Source of the DNA: Heterodontus francisci
Taxonomy: Eukaryota
Direction: 5' to 3'
Assembly (NCBI RefSeq): GCF_036365525.1
Contig: NC_090399.1
Location: 66,644,862-66,708,861 of the forward strand
DNA length: 64,000 nt
The notes beneath the pieces were generated by a model. That model was not told where the DNA came from and ran no database searches. It saw nothing but the letters and a program-made list of their open reading frames with translations. Shown here piece after piece: positions 26,610 to 39,010 of this stretch. The first letter of the stretch is position 1; each line of letters starts with the position of its first letter. A program made the position numbers and the translations under genes.

Positions 26610-28740
26610 CCTGAACTACACGGAGACAGTAATGATCCAGGGACAATTCCCTTTCACTTGGCAGCCTATATGATTGGATCTGTTGAACAAGGGGAGGCAG
26701 ATTAAACTCTCGCTCCGTTCTATCCATTTATATTGTGTTCTCAATGTCACACCTGACACTTTCTGCCTCGACTGCAAAATGTCCACAATAGATCAGGATT
26801 AACAGTCACAGGGTGATGGAAATCTCTTTACACAACTGTTGATAATCTCCTGAATATAAAGCAAAGCAGAACAAGAGCCTCAAATCCCAGTGGCCCCTGT
26901 GAATTAATATTAAATATGATGTGATATTTAGGACAGCTCCATATAAAGAAAGGGAACATGTTGAAGGAGTGTAAAGCAAGAATTTAAACTCCACACATCC
27001 TTGTAGGAACTGTGACAATTAAAGACACTACTGGAGTCATTGAGAGCCAGACACTGCAGTGTTGGAGCAGAATGGGAGAGAGGAAAGGGAGAGATCAATG
27101 GTTCATATAAATTAGGGATAAGAAACACATACAGGATCCAGATATAGATTGTGAACTCTATCCCTGACAGACAGACTCTCGTGACCTGATTGGAGAGAGT
27201 TTAGGTACATGTTGACAGAACACGGGCTTACAGATCCCTAAATGTGTCCAAATGTCCGTCCCACTGGAGCTTACCCTGCGTCCAGGGACCATTTCCCAGT
27301 ACAGGGAACTGGGATGGTTCCCACTGATTCAGTCTCCAGGTAATGTCTCCAGTGACTGTCCTCCCAAGACACAGAGCTTCCCCCTTTCGCAATAAGATGG
27401 ATAAACTACCTTCAGTGCGGTGGGTGAGGTTACACAGGGCCAGTGACAGGGTTTCAGCCCATTCGATGTTCTCAATGTTTAAATCCAGTGTCATTGACCA
27501 GGCTGACTCAACCACCAACTACAACATGGGAAATACATTGTTCCATATCAGGGGCTTTAACAGAGGGATCCTCACCCTGGGATTGATTCTCCCTCCTGGT
27601 TACTGGATCACAGTCTGTTTTTACCCAGCGTCTTCCCTCTGTCAAACAAGTTCCCTTTTTGTCTGAAATCTCCCTCAGAACCTGCTGGTGGATCTGGTAA
27701 ATGGAGCAGAGGGACTCCTTCTACTGAGATCTCGGAGTTCACATCTACATGTCTTCACTCAATTGTTTCTCAGCACCAGTAACAAGTTTCAAATGAAGTA
27801 AATAAAACAACAATATGTTTAATTGTGGAACCAATTTTCTACAGAAAAATTACTTGTGTTACGGGGGTGTGTGGAATTATTATAACACGGGACAGGGGCC
27901 TCAGAAATCAGTAAGACTCCAGCTAAATGGACACTACTGGAAAATCTCTCACATTGTGAAACCCGGTTTAGATATCTTAGTTCTTTATCTTTGATCCTTA
28001 CCTTATCTTACACTATATTTATTCATCGGTCATTACTTTTTCATCTGTTTTAAGTTATTTAAATTATACACACTAACTTGCATTGAGCACTAAAGGACTA
28101 AACAAAATTTTAAACATTTACTGTCTCACGCTTACACAACCCAGTACAAGTGTTAAAGACAAAAAGCATCTCTTTTCCCCTCGACACTGAATTCCCACTC
28201 TCACTAAATTCTAACCTTCCCTCTCAGTTTCCGTTGCAATCTGTGTTTACACTGTGTGTTCCAGCAGAAATCTTTTACTTTTATATCTCACTGAATCACA
28301 TCCAAGTTACAACTGTTCAGTCAGTTTCCAGCACATTTACCCCCTATTCAGGCAATTACTTCCATCTGATTGACTGTTAACTTTTCATCTGACTGACACT
28401 GTTTCCTGTTCACTGTTAACCTGAATAAACTATTCACTGTTAACCTGAATAAACTGTTCACTGTTATCCTGATTTATACTGTTCACTGTACACCTGATTT
28501 ATACTGTTCACCTGATTTATACTGTTCACCTGAATAAACTGTTCACCGGTCACCTGACTTGCAGTTTTTAAAGTCTGATGTGAAATTCTAAACGTTCAGA
28601 GGATATTTCAGTCTGACCTCCTCACCAACTACTTATTAAACATGAAACTTCCCACTCGGTTAATGTTCAGATCTGTGAAGACACTGTGCTGTATCTGGGA
28701 GCTGATCCCCTTCTTAAATTTACAGGGATGGGATCCCATT
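26610..28740 (-). other. Candidate multi-exon, probably non-coding, minus-strand transcription unit, repeated in each array unit
   Basis: Alternating acceptor and donor sites: donor at 28626, then candidate exons 27693-27576, 27383-27275, 26849-26753 and 26679-26610. No recognisable protein. Confidence 0.35.
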
Positions 28741-29232
28741 CGGAGAACATTGAGAGCGGACCTGAGTGGGAAGGGCAGCAGAGAGATGAAAACCGATGGC
28801 AGAGAGGGAGGCCCGGCACACGGAGAGCGGACGTGTGTGAGAAAGGCAGCGGCGGCAGAGAGGGAGGCCCGGCACACGGAGAGCGGACCTGTGTGAGAAA
28901 GGCAGCGGCGGCAGAGAGGGAGGCCCGGCACACGGAGAGCGGACCTGTGTGAGAAAGGCAGCGGCGGCAGAGAGGGAGGCCCGGCACACGGAGAGTGGAC
29001 CTGTGTGAGAAAGGCACCGGCGGCAGAGAGCCCTTTCCACCTGTTTACTACCTGTCAGAGCCGAAGTGTGACGTCACAGGAAAACAGGTAGGTGATTGGT
29101 GGGTATCTCTTCCGTGTCTCTTTTTCGCCAAGTGGTTTAAAACAAGAGACGTTATTACAGCTGAAGAGTACAGTTAAGAAATTCACTTTTAAAATGTTTA
29201 ACATCCAAATTAAATAATTAAATGGAATAAAG

Positions 29233-30186
29233 ATGGCTGGGCAGGAGATGTGTTGCAACTGCATTCTGTGAGAGCTGGTGGACGCCGGAGCGATTCACAG
29301 TGACCACATCTGCAGCAAGTATTGGCTGCTCGAGGACCTTCGGCTCAGAGTTGATGAGCTGGAGTCCGAGCTGCAGACACTGCGACACATCAGGGAGGGG
29401 GAGAGTTACCTGGACACTGTGTTTCAGGAGACAGTCACACCCCTCAGATTAATTACATCCAATTCGGACCGTGGTCAGGGACAGGCGGGTGTGACTGCGA
29501 GTGAGGCAGGTATCGGGATCCAGAATTTCGCTTTGGAGGAGGCCTCGGTCAGTGCCCTTATCCCATAGGTACGAGGTTCTTGCTCCCGGTGTGGACGAGA
29601 GCACAGACTGCAGGGAGGATGAACAAACTGACCACAGCACCGTGGTTCAGAGTGTCATTCAAGTGGTGGGGGGGGGGTGGGGTGGGGTGGGGGAGAGAAG
29701 AGAAATGTGGTAGTCATAGAGGATAGTATAGTGAGGGGAATAGATACTGTTTTCTGCAGCAAAGACAGGGAATCCCGAAGGCCGTGTTGCCTACCTGGTG
29801 CCAAGATTAAGGACATCTCTTCTGGGCTGGAGAGGAACTTGGAGTGGGAGGGAAAGAATGCAGTTGACGTGGTCTACGTAGATACCGACGACATAGGTAG
29901 AATTAGGAAAGAGGTTCTGCTGAGGGACTATGAGCAGCTCAGGGCCAAATTAAAAAGCAGAACCAGAAAGGTAATAATCTCCAGATTAATACCTGAGCCA
30001 CGTTCAAATTGGTGTCGGGTAAATAAGATTAGAGAGGTAAACAGGTGGCTCAAAGATTGGTGTGGGAGAAATGGGTTTCGATTCATGGGGCACTGGCACC
30101 AGTACTGGGGAAAGAGAGCTGTTCCGTTTGGATGGGCTTCATTTGAACCATGCTGGGACCAGTGTCCTGGTGAATCGTATAACTAG
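29233..30186 (+). pseudogene. CR1 ORF1 (zinc finger/leucine zipper plus SGNH esterase), with stop and frameshifts
   Basis: MAGQEMCCNC.L*ELVDAG..HSDHICSK...LRLRVDELESELQTLRHIREGESYLD and VVIEDSIVRG...CLPGAKI. Confidence 0.88.
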
Positions 30187-30379
30187 GGTTGTAGATAGGA
30201 CTTTAAAGTAATTAGTGGGGGGTAGAGTTCAATTGAAGGGAAGTTTACAAAATCAAAAGGAAATGAGAGAGCAAAGGTGCAGGGTAGTGAAGAGGTGAAT
30301 GGGAATCAAAGTGTGACAGGATGGGGCAGAAAATATAAGCAGAAGAGTGCAGCAGAAATTAAAACCAGAATGAGTAATA

Positions 30380-33200
30380 TGGTAAAAAGTCAAAGCTTAA
30401 GGCTCTTTATCTGAATGCACACAGCATTTGTAACAAGATAGGTGAGTTGACGGCACAAATGGAAATGAATAAATATGACTTGATAGCTATTACAGAGACT
30501 TGGTTACAGGGTGACCAAGACTGAAAACTCAATATTCAAGGGTATTCGCTGTTCTGGAAAAATAGGCAAAAAGGGAAAAGGAGGTGGGGTAGTTTTGTTA
30601 ATAAAGGAAAGTATCAGTGCGGTGGTGAGTAGTGATATAGGTGAAATAGATCGTGATGTGGAATCAGTTTGGGTGGACATAAGGAATAGCAAGTGAAAGA
30701 AGTCATGGGTGGGAATCGTCTATAGGTCCCCAAAGAGTTTCCCCACTGTAGGACAAAGTATAAATCGGGAAATAACAGAGGCGTGTAAGAAGGGCGCTCC
30801 AATTGTTATGGGTGATTTTATTCTGCATATTGACTGGACAAATCGGATTGGCAGATGTAACATGGAAGACAAATTTATAGAGTGCATCAGGGATTGTTAC
30901 TTAGAGCAATACATTATAGAACCTACCAGGGAACAGGCTATTTTAGGTTTGGTAATGTGTAATGAGGTCGGATTAATAAGAGATCTCATAGTTAAGGATC
31001 CTCTAAGGGGTAGCGATCACAACATGGTCGAATTTCAGATTCAGTTTGAGGGCGAGCAACTCGGGTCTCAAACCAGTGTCCTCACTTAAACAAGGGCAAT
31101 TACAGAGGTATGAAGAAAGAGTTGTCTAAAGCAGGCTGGGAAAATAGACTAAGGGGAAGGTCAGAGAATGAGCAGTGGCAGACTTTTAAGCAGATATTTC
31201 ATAACACTCAGCAAAACATTTATCCCGTTCAAAAAGAAGGACTCGATGAGAAGGATGAATCACCCGTGGTTAGCTAAGGCAGTCAAGGAGATTATCCAAT
31301 CAAAAACTAGGGCATTCAAAGTGGTGAAAACTAGTGGTAGGCCAGAGGATTGGGAATGTTTTAGGAACCAGCAGTGGATGACTAAAAAGCTAATAAAGAG
31401 GGAGAAAATTGATTATGAAAGTAAATTGGCAAGAAATATAAAAACAAACAGCAAGAGCTTCTACGGGTATATAAAAAGAAAGAGAGTAGCTAAAGTGAGC
31501 GTGGGACCCTTGGAGGATGCAACTGGAGAATTGATACGGAGAACAGGGAAATGGCAGATAATTTAAACCAATATTTTGCATCGGTCTTCACGGTGGAGGA
31601 CACTATAAACATCCCACAGATATCAGACAGGCAAAGAGTTAATGGGAGGAAAGATCTTGTAACGGTCTCTATCACGAGGGACAAAGTATTTAACAAACTA
31701 ATGGGACTAAAGGCAGACAAGTTGCCAGGACCTGATGGCCTACATCCAAGGGATTTTAAAGGAAGTGGCTGCAGAGATAGTGGAGGCATTGGTCGAAATA
31801 TTCCAGAACTCATTGGATTCCGGGATGGTCCCAGTGGATTGGAAAACTGCTAATGTGACGCCCCTGTTCAACAAGGGAGGGAGACAAAAAGCAGGAAACA
31901 CAGGCCAGTCAGCCTAACATCGGTCATTGGGAAAATTCTAGAGTCCATTATTAAGGAAGAAATAACAGGACATTTAGAAAAGCTTAACACAGTCAAACAG
32001 AGTCAACATGAAAGGGAAATCGTTTTTGACAAATTTGCTGGAGTTCTTTGAGGATATAACAAGCAAAGTTGATAAAGGGCAACGAGTAGATGTAGTGTAT
32101 TTATATTTCCAGAAGGCATTCGATAAGGTGCCGCATAAAAGATTATTGCACAAGATAGGAGCTGACGGTATTGGGAGTAATGTATTAGCATGGATTGAGG
32201 ATTGGTTAACTCACAGAAGACAGAGAGTCAGGATTAATGGGTCTTTTTCAGGTTGGAAAGATGTAACTTGTGGAGTGCCACAAGGATCAGTCCTAGGGCC
32301 TCAATTATTTACGATCTATATTAATGATTTGGAGGAGGGGGCAGAGTGTAATATATCCAAATTTGCTGATGATGCAAAAATAGGTGGGAGAGCATGTTGT
32401 GATGAGGACATAAAGAATCTGTAAGGGGATATAGATAGTTTGAGTGATTGGGCAAAAACTTGGCAGATGGAGTTTAATGTAGGAAAGTGTGAGGTCATGC
32501 ACTTTGGTAGGAAGAATCAAAAGGCAGACTATTATTTAAATGGAGAGAGACTCCAGTAAAGTGCAGCACAGAGGGATCTGGGTGTTCTTGTGCATGAAAC
32601 ACAAAAAGTTAGCAAGCAGGTGCAGCAAGTAATTAAGATGGCAAATGGAATTTTGGCCTTTATTGCTGGGGGGTTGGAGTTTAAAAATAGGGAAGTCTTA
32701 TTACAACTGTACAGGGTGTTGGTGAGGCTGCAGCTGGAGTACTGCGTACTGTTTTTGTCCCCCCGTATTTAAGAAAGGATATACTAGCATTGGAGGCAAT
32801 TCAAAAGAGATTCACGAGGCTGATTCCTGGGATGAAGGGGATGACTTATCAACATTGGCTAAACAGATTACGCCTTTATACATTAGAGTTTAGAAGAATG
32901 AGGGGTGATCTTATTGAAATGTACAAGATTCTGAGGGGGCTTGCCAGGGTAGATGTTGAGAAGATGTTTCCACTAGTGGGGGAATCTCAAACTAGGGGAC
33001 ATGGATACAGAATAAGGGGACATTCATTTAAAACTGAGATGTGAAGGAATTTCTTCTCTCAGAGGGTAGTGAATGTCTGGAATTCTCTACCCCAGAGAGT
33101 TGTGGAGGCTAGATCAGTGAAAGTATTTAAAGAGGAGGCAGATAGATTTTTGAAATCTCGGGGAGTTGAGGGCTATGAGGAGCTGGCACGAAAGAGGAGT
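30380..33200 (+). pseudogene. CR1 ORF2 (APE endonuclease plus reverse transcriptase), fragmented
   Basis: IAITETWL, GGGVVLLIKE, MGDF, GSDHNMVEF, PGPDG, KAFDKVPH, GVPQGSVLGP and KFADD across ORFs 30511-33044. Confidence 0.93.
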
Positions 33201-33296
33201 TGAGGTCTGGGGCAGATCAGCCATGATCTTATTGAATGGTGGGGCAGGCTTGAGGGGCAGAATGGCCTAGTCCAGCTTCTCTTTCTTATGTTCTTA

Positions 33297-33797
33297 TTCC
33301 TTTAGTTCAGTGGGATTTGATCCCATCCTTTTAATTCTCTGGGATCTGATCCCATCCCTTTCATTCTCTGGGATCTGATCCTATTCCTTTCATTCTCTGG
33401 GATCTGGTACCATCCCTTTCATTCTCTGGGATCTGATCCCATCCCTTTCATTCTCTGGGATCTGATCCCATTCCTTTCATTCTCTGGGATCTGGTACCAT
33501 CCCTTTCATTCTCTGGGATCTGATCCCATTCCTTTCATTCTCTGGGATCTGGTACCATCCCTTTCATTCTCTGGGATCTGATCCCATTCCTTTCATTCTC
33601 TGGGATCTGGTACCATCCCTTTCATTCTCTGGGATCTGATCCCATTCCTTTCATTCTCTGGGATCTGGTACCATCCCTTTCATTCTCTGGGATCTGGTAC
33701 CATCCCTTTCATTCTCTGGGATCTGATCCCATTCCTTTCATTCTCTGGGATCTGGTACCATCCCTTTCATTCTCTGGGATCTGGTACCATCCCTTTA
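33297..33797. repeat. 29-bp minisatellite (ctgatcccatccctttcattctctgggat), about 17 copies
   Basis: Direct tandem repeats; two to four diverged copies also precede each CR1 5' end. Confidence 0.96.
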
Positions 33798-34229
33798 GGC
33801 TGTGCTGTGCTCAGTGGATTGGAATTCAGGTATTAATCCAGCTGTGATTGGATGAAACATCTGGTCTAAAACATCGATACGCCGGATTGTGGATCTGATC
33901 ATCGGGATACTTCGGATCAATTTATCAAGGAAAAATCTCTTAAGCCACGACCTCCTCTGCATTTTTAAACATTGTATCTTTGGAGGCTCCCATATGTTTT
34001 TCCCTCCCTCCCCTGCTCCTGTCCTGTGTTAACCTTTCGCACATCCCAGAACTCCGGTTGTTCACACACAAAGGGAACCCAGAGTGAGGAAAAGAAACAT
34101 CCAAACTCTCCCCACAAGGTCCAGCTGGGTGGAAAATACCCTGTTACTTGTAGCATGAAGAGGAGCTTCCAATGAAGTAGCTTCCAGGGGACCTGATCTT
34201 CATTCAGACTGTGTGTACACACTGCAGGC

Positions 34230-34735
34230 AACTAACAACAACAACCTGTTTTTATGTAGCACCTTTAACATCATAAAACGTTCTGACGTCAAGCCAGATA
34301 AGGTGATATTAGGGCAGATAACCAAAAGCTTTGTCACGAGCTGGGTTATAAGAAGGGTTTTAAAGGAGGAAAGAGAGGCAGAGAGGTGTAAGGAGGGAAT
34401 TCCGGATTTTACAGCTCAGGTAACTGAAGGCAGGGCCAACAATGGTGGAACAATTAAAATCAGGGATGTTCAAGAGGCCAGAATTAGAGGAGCACAGATA
34501 TCTCGGAGGGGTGTAGGGCTGGAGGAGATTATAGAGATAGGGAGGGGGAAGGACATGGAGAGATGTGAAAACAAGGATGAGAATTTTAAAATGGAGGTTT
34601 TGGTTGATGGGAGCCGGTGTAGGTCAGTGAGCACTGGGGTGATAGAGGAACAGGACAAGAACAGCAGAGTTTAGATGTAGAGTCTCGGCTGGAATGTGGG
34701 AGGATAGCTAGGACCATACTGGAATAGTCGAGTCT
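34230..34735 (-). mobile_element. Old L2-type LINE 3' fragment
   Basis: ITPVLTDLHRLP resembles the L2 ORF2 C-terminal HITPVL..LHWLP motif; a (gtt)n tail lies at about 34235. Confidence 0.7.
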
Positions 34736-34739
34736 CGAG

Positions 34740-35398
34740 AGAGGCCTCCCCCAGGCCTCGATGTGGGTAGGCCCCGCCCCGTATTACCGGTGGCTCGTCG
34801 ACGGAAACGCCATTTAAATATTCAAATAAATGTTAATTAATGAATAAGTACTTAGCTTGAAGCGATAGCCGTCCCACTCTGATATTCCGGCCTGTTCGGA
34901 GATCCGAGGTAGGATACTGTTGGGGATGGGGGAGGAGTGAAGTTTTCAGGGCGGGGCAGGAGGAGCGGGGATAATTCTTACGATTGGTGGAGTGCATGGC
35001 GGGAAGGGGTTGAAGGTCAAAGTGAATAAAGTTTAGGGGAAAAGCGCGGGATTTTTTGTGGAGAAAGGGTAATCAATAAATTCTTCAGTCACTGTGGAAG
35101 GTGGGAGAGGGGCTTGAAACAATTATTAAATTCAGCACGTTAAATTTTTATCGACTGCTCACTTAAGAATTTATATTACATGTCAAGGCTTGAAACCCTT
35201 TAAAAATGGCGCTGGTCCCTGCGCAGTGGTGCCGGACGCCATTGTCGGGGACGGTACGTGTTCCCCCCACATCATCAGTGGTGTAGGTTCCATCCCCTCC
35301 ATGTAAATGAGCCACTGTGCTAAATATAGTGGTAGCTCTGGGGAACAAATCCCGTGTGTGCGCCCCACTATCAGCGGCGAGCTGGAACAATTCCGGCC
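34740..35398. mobile_element. Possible non-autonomous DNA element remnant (CpG-rich)
   Basis: Compositionally distinct CpG-rich block ending aattccggcc; no matching left terminal repeat was found. Confidence 0.25.
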
Positions 35399-35826
35399 AC
35401 TGTCCCTTTAACTCCTGACTTCATTTAACCCAACACCCCAAGAAAATACTGTCCCTTTAACTCCTGACTTCAGTTAACCCAACACCCCAAGAAAATACTG
35501 TCCCTTTAACTCCTGTCTTCAGTTAACACAACACCCCAAGAAAATACTGTCTATTTAACTCCTGTCTTCAGTTAACCCAACACCCCAGACAAATACTTTC
35601 CCTTTAACTCCTGTCTTCAGTTAGCCCAACACCCCAAGAAAATACTGTCCCTTTAACTCCTGACTTCAGTTAACACAACACCCCAGACAAATACTGTCAA
35701 TTTAACTCCTGTCTTCATTTAACCCAATACCCCAGACAAATACTGCCCCTTTAACTCCTGTCTTCAGTTAACCCAATACCCCAGACAAATACTGTCCCTT
35801 TAACACTTGTCTTCAGTTTACCCAAT
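35399..35826. repeat. 49-bp minisatellite (ctgtccctttaactcctgacttcagttaacccaacaccccaagaaaata), about 8.7 copies
   Basis: Period of 49 (35401, 35450, ...). Confidence 0.95.
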
Positions 35827-36634
35827 ATGGAATCAAATCGAATTCTAGATTGATCCAGCACCACAGAAGACCATTCGGAGAGGGCCAAAGATCGATCCTG
35901 AGATAACGGTGCAGAAGCAGATCAACAGTTTTGTTATGCCAGTGTGCTTTGTTTAATGGTAATTTTCTTTAATCCACTCACTGGAGATCTGAATTTATAT
36001 TTTTTACAAGTCATTTAAAAAAAAAAAGCTTAGGATGATCACCTAGTTTGCAACACTGTATCATTCATTGCAAAGGACTGTGAGGAGGGAGATGAAATGG
36101 CTGCATTTCCCAGCAAGAACCAAGACCCAGGAATTTTAAAGGAACTACCTGTTCTTTCAGCAAGCAGAGAAATACTGCTAATTACTATGTTTGAATGACT
36201 GAGTGACTGTAATGTGACGAGCTTCTCCTCATCTGTGGTTTTAGTTTGTGTTTTCTGCAGCAGGGAAACGAGTAGCAACTGGACTCTGACAAATGCAGAC
36301 CTAAGTGGGGGTCCATCTCTCTCTCTCTCTATTACCGTTCGAAAGTTTTCAAATCCTGCTTGTTGACTGACCACCTTTGCATACTCCGGCTACAATCAGA
36401 AACCCCAATGGAGGAAATCATCCTCCAAGAGACGCACCGAATCAGTCAGCTACCTCTTCAAACTAAAAGCCTCAGGACCACTGAATTCAGTTAGAAGCCA
36501 GCTGAATTACCATACCCCACAGATTTCATACCGCTTTACGGACTCTAACTCAACCAATCTACCTTTCCCCATTCTGTAACCTATTTGTGTAAGTGTAAAC
36601 CTCTAATTGTGTGTGTGAGTGAAAGTTGGCACAT

Positions 36635-36915
36635 TGTAGATTCTCTTCCTCAGTCGAAGAGCCCCCCTACACTCAAGTTTGTGCCACTAGAATTACAAAT
36701 GTTTGACTTGAACATAATAACCAGAGAGACAAGTTTCTTCTGATAACTCACAATCGCTTTATTGAATTATCCACAATCGTTAGAGAAGGTTACACTCAGT
36801 GATCACAAGTTACAGCTGCAACTATAGTTACATGACCCAGGACCCTGTCCTGGTAGAGGCTATATATAGGTTAAATCCCCTATTCCTAACTTAATTTCCT
36901 AACTTAACACTTACA
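36635..36915 (-). mobile_element. 3' LTR of the retrovirus-like element
   Basis: Minus strand reads purine tract gaggggtgat, then TGTAAG...TATATATA...AATAAA...TCTACA (TGTA/TACA termini), 281 bp. No 5' LTR is present to confirm the boundaries. Confidence 0.7.
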
Positions 36916-37806
36916 ATCACCCCTCAGTTGGTCTGCCGATGGTGTTCATAGGTCCCTTGGTGGAGATGACCAAGCTCTACCATCTTCCTTCACTGCTTTC
37001 AGGAACAGTAACATATCCCGATCTCCGTGTACATTTGTACATTTCTACCTGCTGACTGGGTCATCTTGTCTCCAAATTTGGCAATGCTCCAAATCTTTAG
37101 TTCTGATTGGCAACTTCTGTCCTCATTCTTGATGTACCTTTTTTTAAAAAAAGGTCTTCTATGAAAGAAACAATCACCTATTTCCTGCTGATAATTGATT
37201 TCAGGAAGACCAGTCATTCACACTAGTCTTCAATCCTTCAGTTTACACAGTACTTGAGCCCATCTCCTTCCATTGCCTGGTTCCGAAGGTTATCAGACAC
37301 TAATCCCTTCTTCTCTGGTGCTTGCAAGACATACATGCTTATTGTGCCCTTGATTTTGAAGTGGGCTAATCTGTCTGTCTGTTTCCACTGAAACCTGTAA
37401 CTTCAGCAGAATCTCAAACATGGAGTTAACCCCTTGTGGTACTTCAGTCCTCCCTTTAATATCTCCTTTATTCTTTAAATGAGATATTACTGCTCGGTTA
37501 TGTATCTTCACAGAATAATACAGTGCAGAAGAGGCCCTTCGGCCCATCGAGTCTGCACTGATGTATTAAAGACACCTGACCTGTCTACCTAATCCCATTT
37601 GCCAGCATTGGCCCATAGCCTTGAATGTTATGACGTGCCAAGTGCTCATCCAGGTACTTTTTAAAGGATGTGAGGCAACCCGCCTCTACCACCCTCCCAG
37701 GCAGGGCATTCCAGACCGTCACCACCCTCTGGGTAAAAAAGTTCTTCCTCAAATCCCCCTTAAACCTCCCGCCCCTCACCTTAAACTTGTGACCCCTCGT
37801 AACTGA

Positions 37807-38160
37807 GGGCGGCACAGTGGCGCAGTGGTTAGCACCGCAGCCTCACAGCTCCAGGGACCCGGGTTCGATTCCGGGTACTGCCTGTGTGGAGTTTGCAAGT
37901 TCTCCCTGTGTCTGCGTGGGTTTTCTCCGGGTGCTCCGGTTTCCTCCCACAAGCCAAAAGACTTGCAGGTTGATAGGTAAATTGGCCATTATAAATTGTC
38001 ACTAGTATAGGTAGGTGGTCGGGAAATATAGGGACAGGTGGGGATGTTTGGTAGGAATATGGGATTAGTGTAGGATTAGTATAAATGGGTGGTTGATGTT
38101 CGGCACAGACTCGGTGGGCCGAAGGGCCTGTTTCAGTGCTGTATCTCTAATCTAATCTAA
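37807..38160 (+). mobile_element. tRNA-derived V-SINE (HE1-like), (tctaa)n tail
   Basis: Near-identical to the reverse complement of 16642-17000. Confidence 0.92.
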
Positions 38161-38360
38161 ACTAATGGGAACAGTTGCTCCCTATTCACCCTGTCCATGC
38201 CCCTCATAATCTTGTACACCTCGATCAGGTCACCCCTCAGTCTTCTCTGCTCCAGTGAAAACAACCCAAGCCTATCCAACCTCTCTTCATAGCTTAAATG
38301 TTCCATCCCAGGCAACATCCTGGTGAATCGCCTCTGCACCCCCTCCAGTGCAATCACATA

Positions 38361-38700
38361 GGGGCGGCACAGTGGCGCAGTGGTTAGCACCGCAGCCTCA
38401 CAGCGACCCTGGTTTGGTTCTGGGTACTGCCTGTGCGGAGTTTGCAAGTTCTCCCTGTGTCTGCGTGGGTTTCCTCCGGGTGCTCCGGTTTCCTCCCACA
38501 TGCCAAAGACTTGCAGGTTGATAGGTAAATTGGCCATTGTAAATTGCCCCTAGTGTAGGTAGGTGGTAGGAGAATGCTGGGGATGTGGTTGGGAATATGG
38601 GATTAATGCAGGATTAGTATAAATGGGTGGTTGTTGGTTGGCACAGACTCGGTGGGCCGAAGGGCCTGTTTCAGTGCTGTAGCTCTCTATGACTCTATGA
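38361..38700 (+). mobile_element. tRNA-derived V-SINE (HE1-like), different subfamily with (ctctatga)n tail
   Basis: Same head and core, with a damaged B box and a different tail. Confidence 0.9.
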
Positions 38701-39010
38701 CATCCCTCCGATAATGTGGTGACCAGAATTGCACACAGTACTCCAGCTGTGGCCTTACCAATGTTCTGTACAACTCCAACATGACCTCCCTGCTTTTGCA
38801 ATCTATGCCTCGATTGATAAAGGCAAGTGTCCCATGTGCCTTTTTCACCACCCTATTAACCTGCCCTTCTGCCTGTATTTCCTCCCCTGAACTAACGACA
38901 TTACATGCATATCTAGCTAAGCAGTTACTCCATTTTGAAACATTCCCTCCTGTTCCTTTTGCGGTTCCATATAATCATACAAACGTTTGCCTTTCTTACC
39001 TCTCCTCAAA

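Larger units (their letters stand above)
1..30407. repeat. Tandem segmental array (macrosatellite-like): units 203-6915, 6916-13568, 13569-19543, 19544-24951, 24952-30407, plus the tail of a further unit at 1-202
   Basis: The same junction aagcttaaggctctt|gatcaatcacaatcccc occurs at 202, 6915, 13568, 19543 and 24951. Internal order is the same in every unit, and the same ORFs recur in the ORF track. Confidence 0.97.
28742..33296 (+). mobile_element. Full-length (about 4.55 kb) decayed CR1 LINE, parent of the array's LINE halves
   Basis: 5'UTR monomers, ORF1, ORF2 with APE endonuclease and RT, and a 3' (ttcttatg)n tail. The same 29-bp minisatellite flanks it on both sides. Confidence 0.95.
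37510..38873 (-). mobile_element. CR1 LINE 3' fragment inserted in the provirus, itself carrying two SINEs
   Basis: ALEGVQRRFTRMLPG, LFSLEQRRLRGDLIEVYKIM, TRGHKFK, FFTQRVVTVWNALP. Confidence 0.9.

Noticed and set aside
36000-36634. Possible further LTR fragment next to the provirus LTR
   Set aside because: It looks LTR-like, but no termini, TSD or second copy is visible to support a call.
37807-37880. tRNA gene
   Set aside because: It is the tRNA-derived head of a SINE, continuing into the V-SINE core and LINE tail.
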